A stretch of 7,422 bases of DNA from a bacterium (GTDB taxonomy: Bacteria; UBP7; UBA6624; JBBIMK01), in contig JBBIMK010000028.1 in the NCBI GenBank assembly GCA_037444445.1, positions 1 through 7,422 on the forward strand, in the 5' to 3' direction. Below are positions 5,824-7,422 of this stretch, in pieces. The notes below the pieces were generated by a model that saw nothing but the letters and a program-made list of their open reading frames with translations, ran no database searches and was not told the origin of the DNA. The position numbers and the translations under genes are program-made. Numbering within the stretch: the first letter of the stretch is position 1; every line of letters begins with the position of its first letter.

Positions 5824-6684
5824 CTACAATATTCGGGGGAGCAGTGAGGCGGTGAAATCCTTCAACGCCTCTTGCCAGGGGCGTAGGGGCGGAAACCTCA
5901 GTAGCCCCCAGTGAAAATTCTCTAAAACGGAGTTCTGCGGCCGCCGGGCAGGTAGCCTCACCGATTTATAGTCCACCTTCTCCAGCCGAGCCGTTACTCC
6001 GAATTCCCTCAATATAGCCTCTGCAAAAGTGAACGGCGTGCTTTCTCCTGAGTTGGTCAGATGAAAAATCCCCATGCAATCATTCAGGATAAGATGAGAG
6101 ATACCTTCCGCAATGTCAAGGGTGTAAGAGGGGGAAAAGAACTGGTTATGGATGAGCCGAAGAGTTTCGCCTGCTTTCGCCTTTCGGAGGATTTTTGAAG
6201 GGAAATTTTCACCTCCTTGCCCGTAAAGATAGGAAGTTCTCACAATCAGGAATCGTGAAGTATGCTCCAGAGTGGCTCGCTCGCCCCACCATTTGGATTC
6301 TCCATAAATGTTTACAGGATGAGGAGCATCATACTCCCGGTAAGGCGTATTTTTCTCACCGTCAAAAATGTAGTCTGTGGAAATATAAACGGTGATGGCG
6401 CCCACATTTTCCGATGTGATGGTGAGATTTTTTTGCCCGAGGAAATTGGTGCGGAATGCCTGAGAAGGCTGGGTCTCGCAGAGGTCCACATTCGTGAAGG
6501 CGGCGGCATTGATGACCACATCCGGATGGTAAGATTCTACAGCCTCCCATACTTGCTTGAAATCCGTGATGTCCAGCTGAGAGTGTGTTTGTGGGAAGAG
6601 TTCCACGCTTTTCGTGGAAAAGACCTTTAGCAGGGCTGTTCCCAGTTGTCCCCCCGCTCCAGTTATCATCAGCCTCATAGCCAT
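5824..6684 (-). CDS. rfbD: dTDP-4-dehydrorhamnose reductase
   Basis: Motifs are ITGAGGQLG (NAD(P) binding), PDVVINAAAFTNVD, STDYIFDG, the catalytic YGESK (YxxxK), VRTSYLYG and a C-terminal RRPQNSVL. This pattern matches RmlD/RfbD family proteins as I remember them. The true start may be the second Met (6678). Confidence 0.85.
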   Translation of the reverse strand: MAMRLMITGAGGQLGTALLKVFSTKSVELFPQTHSQLDITDFKQVWEAVESYHPDVVINAAAFTNVDLCETQPSQAFRTNFLGQKNLTITSENVGAITVYISTDYIFDGEKNTPYREYDAPHPVNIYGESKWWGERATLEHTSRFLIVRTSYLYGQGGENFPSKILRKAKAGETLRLIHNQFFSPSYTLDIAEGISHLILNDCMGIFHLTNSGESTPFTFAEAILREFGVTARLEKVDYKSVRLPARRPQNSVLENFHWGLLRFPPLRPWQEALKDFTASLLPRIL

Positions 6685-6727
6685 TCAGAATTGTAACATA
6701 AGTGGATAAGCCGGAAGTCTATGACAC

Positions 6728-7192
6728 TTATGGGTCATTCTGAGCCTGCCGGGCTTCTGCTTCAGCCAGCCAGCCTCTTCGCAATTGCTGTGGAGGGATG
6801 CTGGATAAATAAGGCTTGATGTCCAGAATCGGGGTGCCATCCATCATATCTACACCACGGACAAAGAGGCGACAGCCCTCCCGTCGTAGAAGCTCCACCA
6901 CAGTGAGCCCGATGGGGCTGGGACGACGAGGAGAGCGGGTGGCAAAAACCCCGTGTGGACGATTGTCGCTGGGTGGCATCGCCATTAAATCATATCCCTC
7001 CGACCGGTGAAATACCCATAACAGATATAGATGGGAGAATCCTTCAATATCTGTTAACCCCTGTTCCAGTTCCGGTAGAATTTTCAGAACTCCCTCTGCG
7101 TTGTGCTCCGCTCCTAACCCCTTTGGAATTTGTGAGGTATCCTGAAAGGGACTCTCCACATATCCAATGATTCTCATTTTTACTTCTTGCAT
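6728..7192 (-). CDS. trmO: TsaA/TrmO-family (YaeB-like) putative tRNA m6t6A37 methyltransferase, short single-domain form
   Basis: Motifs are IGYVESPF, GFSHLYLLWVFH, GVFATRSPRRPSPIG and DGTPILDIKPY, which are characteristic of the UPF0066/TsaA domain. GGAGG (7206-7202) lies 9 nt upstream of the ATG. Confidence 0.8.
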   Translation of the reverse strand: MQEVKMRIIGYVESPFQDTSQIPKGLGAEHNAEGVLKILPELEQGLTDIEGFSHLYLLWVFHRSEGYDLMAMPPSDNRPHGVFATRSPRRPSPIGLTVVELLRREGCRLFVRGVDMMDGTPILDIKPYLSSIPPQQLRRGWLAEAEARQAQNDP

Positions 7193-7250
7193 TTCATCTC
7201 GCCTCCTGCAAAGCCCTTTTTGCTATTGTATAGCGTTTTCCTGCACCGAT

Positions 7251-7259
7251 ATTCTATCA
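7251..7259 (-). promoter_or_regulatory. Candidate extended -10 element (TGATAGAAT) for the minus-strand trmO-rfbD-ABC run
   Basis: The reverse complement of 7251-7259 reads TGATAGAAT (TGn + TAGAAT), about 60 nt upstream of the trmO ATG. I see no good -35. This is a motif match only. Confidence 0.2.
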
Positions 7260-7350
7260 TATTCTTTTATCCTCCAGATGAATCCAGTGTTTGGTTTCAT
7301 TGTAGGTTGCCGATTTGATTTCTGTCAGACTCAAGATTCAAGAGAGGAAA

Positions 7351-7422
7351 ATGGGCAGTATTCATTTCTATATTCCCTGGAAACTGGTATATTCAGAGGA
7401 ATATCGGACCCGTGGGGAAGCC
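7351..7422 (+). CDS. Possible 5' end of a divergently transcribed gene (open to window end)
   Basis: ATG 7351 is preceded by AGAGGA and stays open for 24 codons (MGSIHFYIPWKLVYSEEYRTRGEA) to the window edge. It is too short to assess. Confidence 0.2.
   Translation, partial: MGSIHFYIPWKLVYSEEYRTRGEA

Noticed and set aside
6195-6630. ORFs 6195-6395 (+), 6262-6630 (+), 6312-6521 (-) and 6362-6550 (-)
   Set aside because: All are embedded in the rfbD gene, antisense or out of frame. rfbD shows family-wide motifs along its whole length.
6816-7170. + strand ORFs 6816-7010 and 6955-7170
   Set aside because: They lie antisense to the TrmO/TsaA-family gene. The Arg/Ser/Pro-rich translations are typical of antisense frames.
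7180-7197. Five-codon mini-ORF (MKCKK) on the minus strand overlapping the trmO start, 4 nt after the GGAGG
   Set aside because: It is too short to support from sequence alone and probably arises by chance from ATG spacing near the RBS. The 9-nt spacing to the trmO ATG is the better start.

Overview
The window has two parts that differ in composition. The left ~1.65 kb is AT-rich: single 60-nt lines I counted by hand were ~30-42% GC, against ~60% for one line inside the ADH gene. It holds two tandem, diverged copies (~827 and ~820 bp) of the same unit. Each unit has a 152-aa PIN-domain (VapC-like) protein. A small (61-76 aa) highly charged protein follows immediately; I cannot place its family, and the two copies share the motif FPxDxALQEVHxAR. 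A ~96 or ~121-nt hairpin-rich element then closes each unit, starting (G/A)TATAAC and ending GTT(A/G)GGC. These ends, the element lengths, the gene-then-element order and a perfect 10-nt complementarity between the start of unit 1 and the start of its own 3' element look like integron gene cassettes with attC sites. My main hypothesis is therefore a partial integron/CALIN-type cassette array carrying two paralogous toxin-antitoxin-like (or defence-like) PIN modules with toxin-first gene order. No integrase is in the window and I could not run an attC covariance model, so this stays a hypothesis. The remaining ~5.8 kb looks like ordinary chromosome. On the + strand: a cupin-like protein, a 73-aa Cys-containing hypothetical protein and a Zn-dependent medium-chain alcohol dehydrogenase. 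On the - strand, a tightly packed run: TrmO/TsaA-family protein, dTDP-4-dehydrorhamnose reductase (RfbD/RmlD), ABC ATPase and ABC-2 permease. The 205-bp convergent intergenic region (3423-3627) is unusually hairpin-rich and unexplained.
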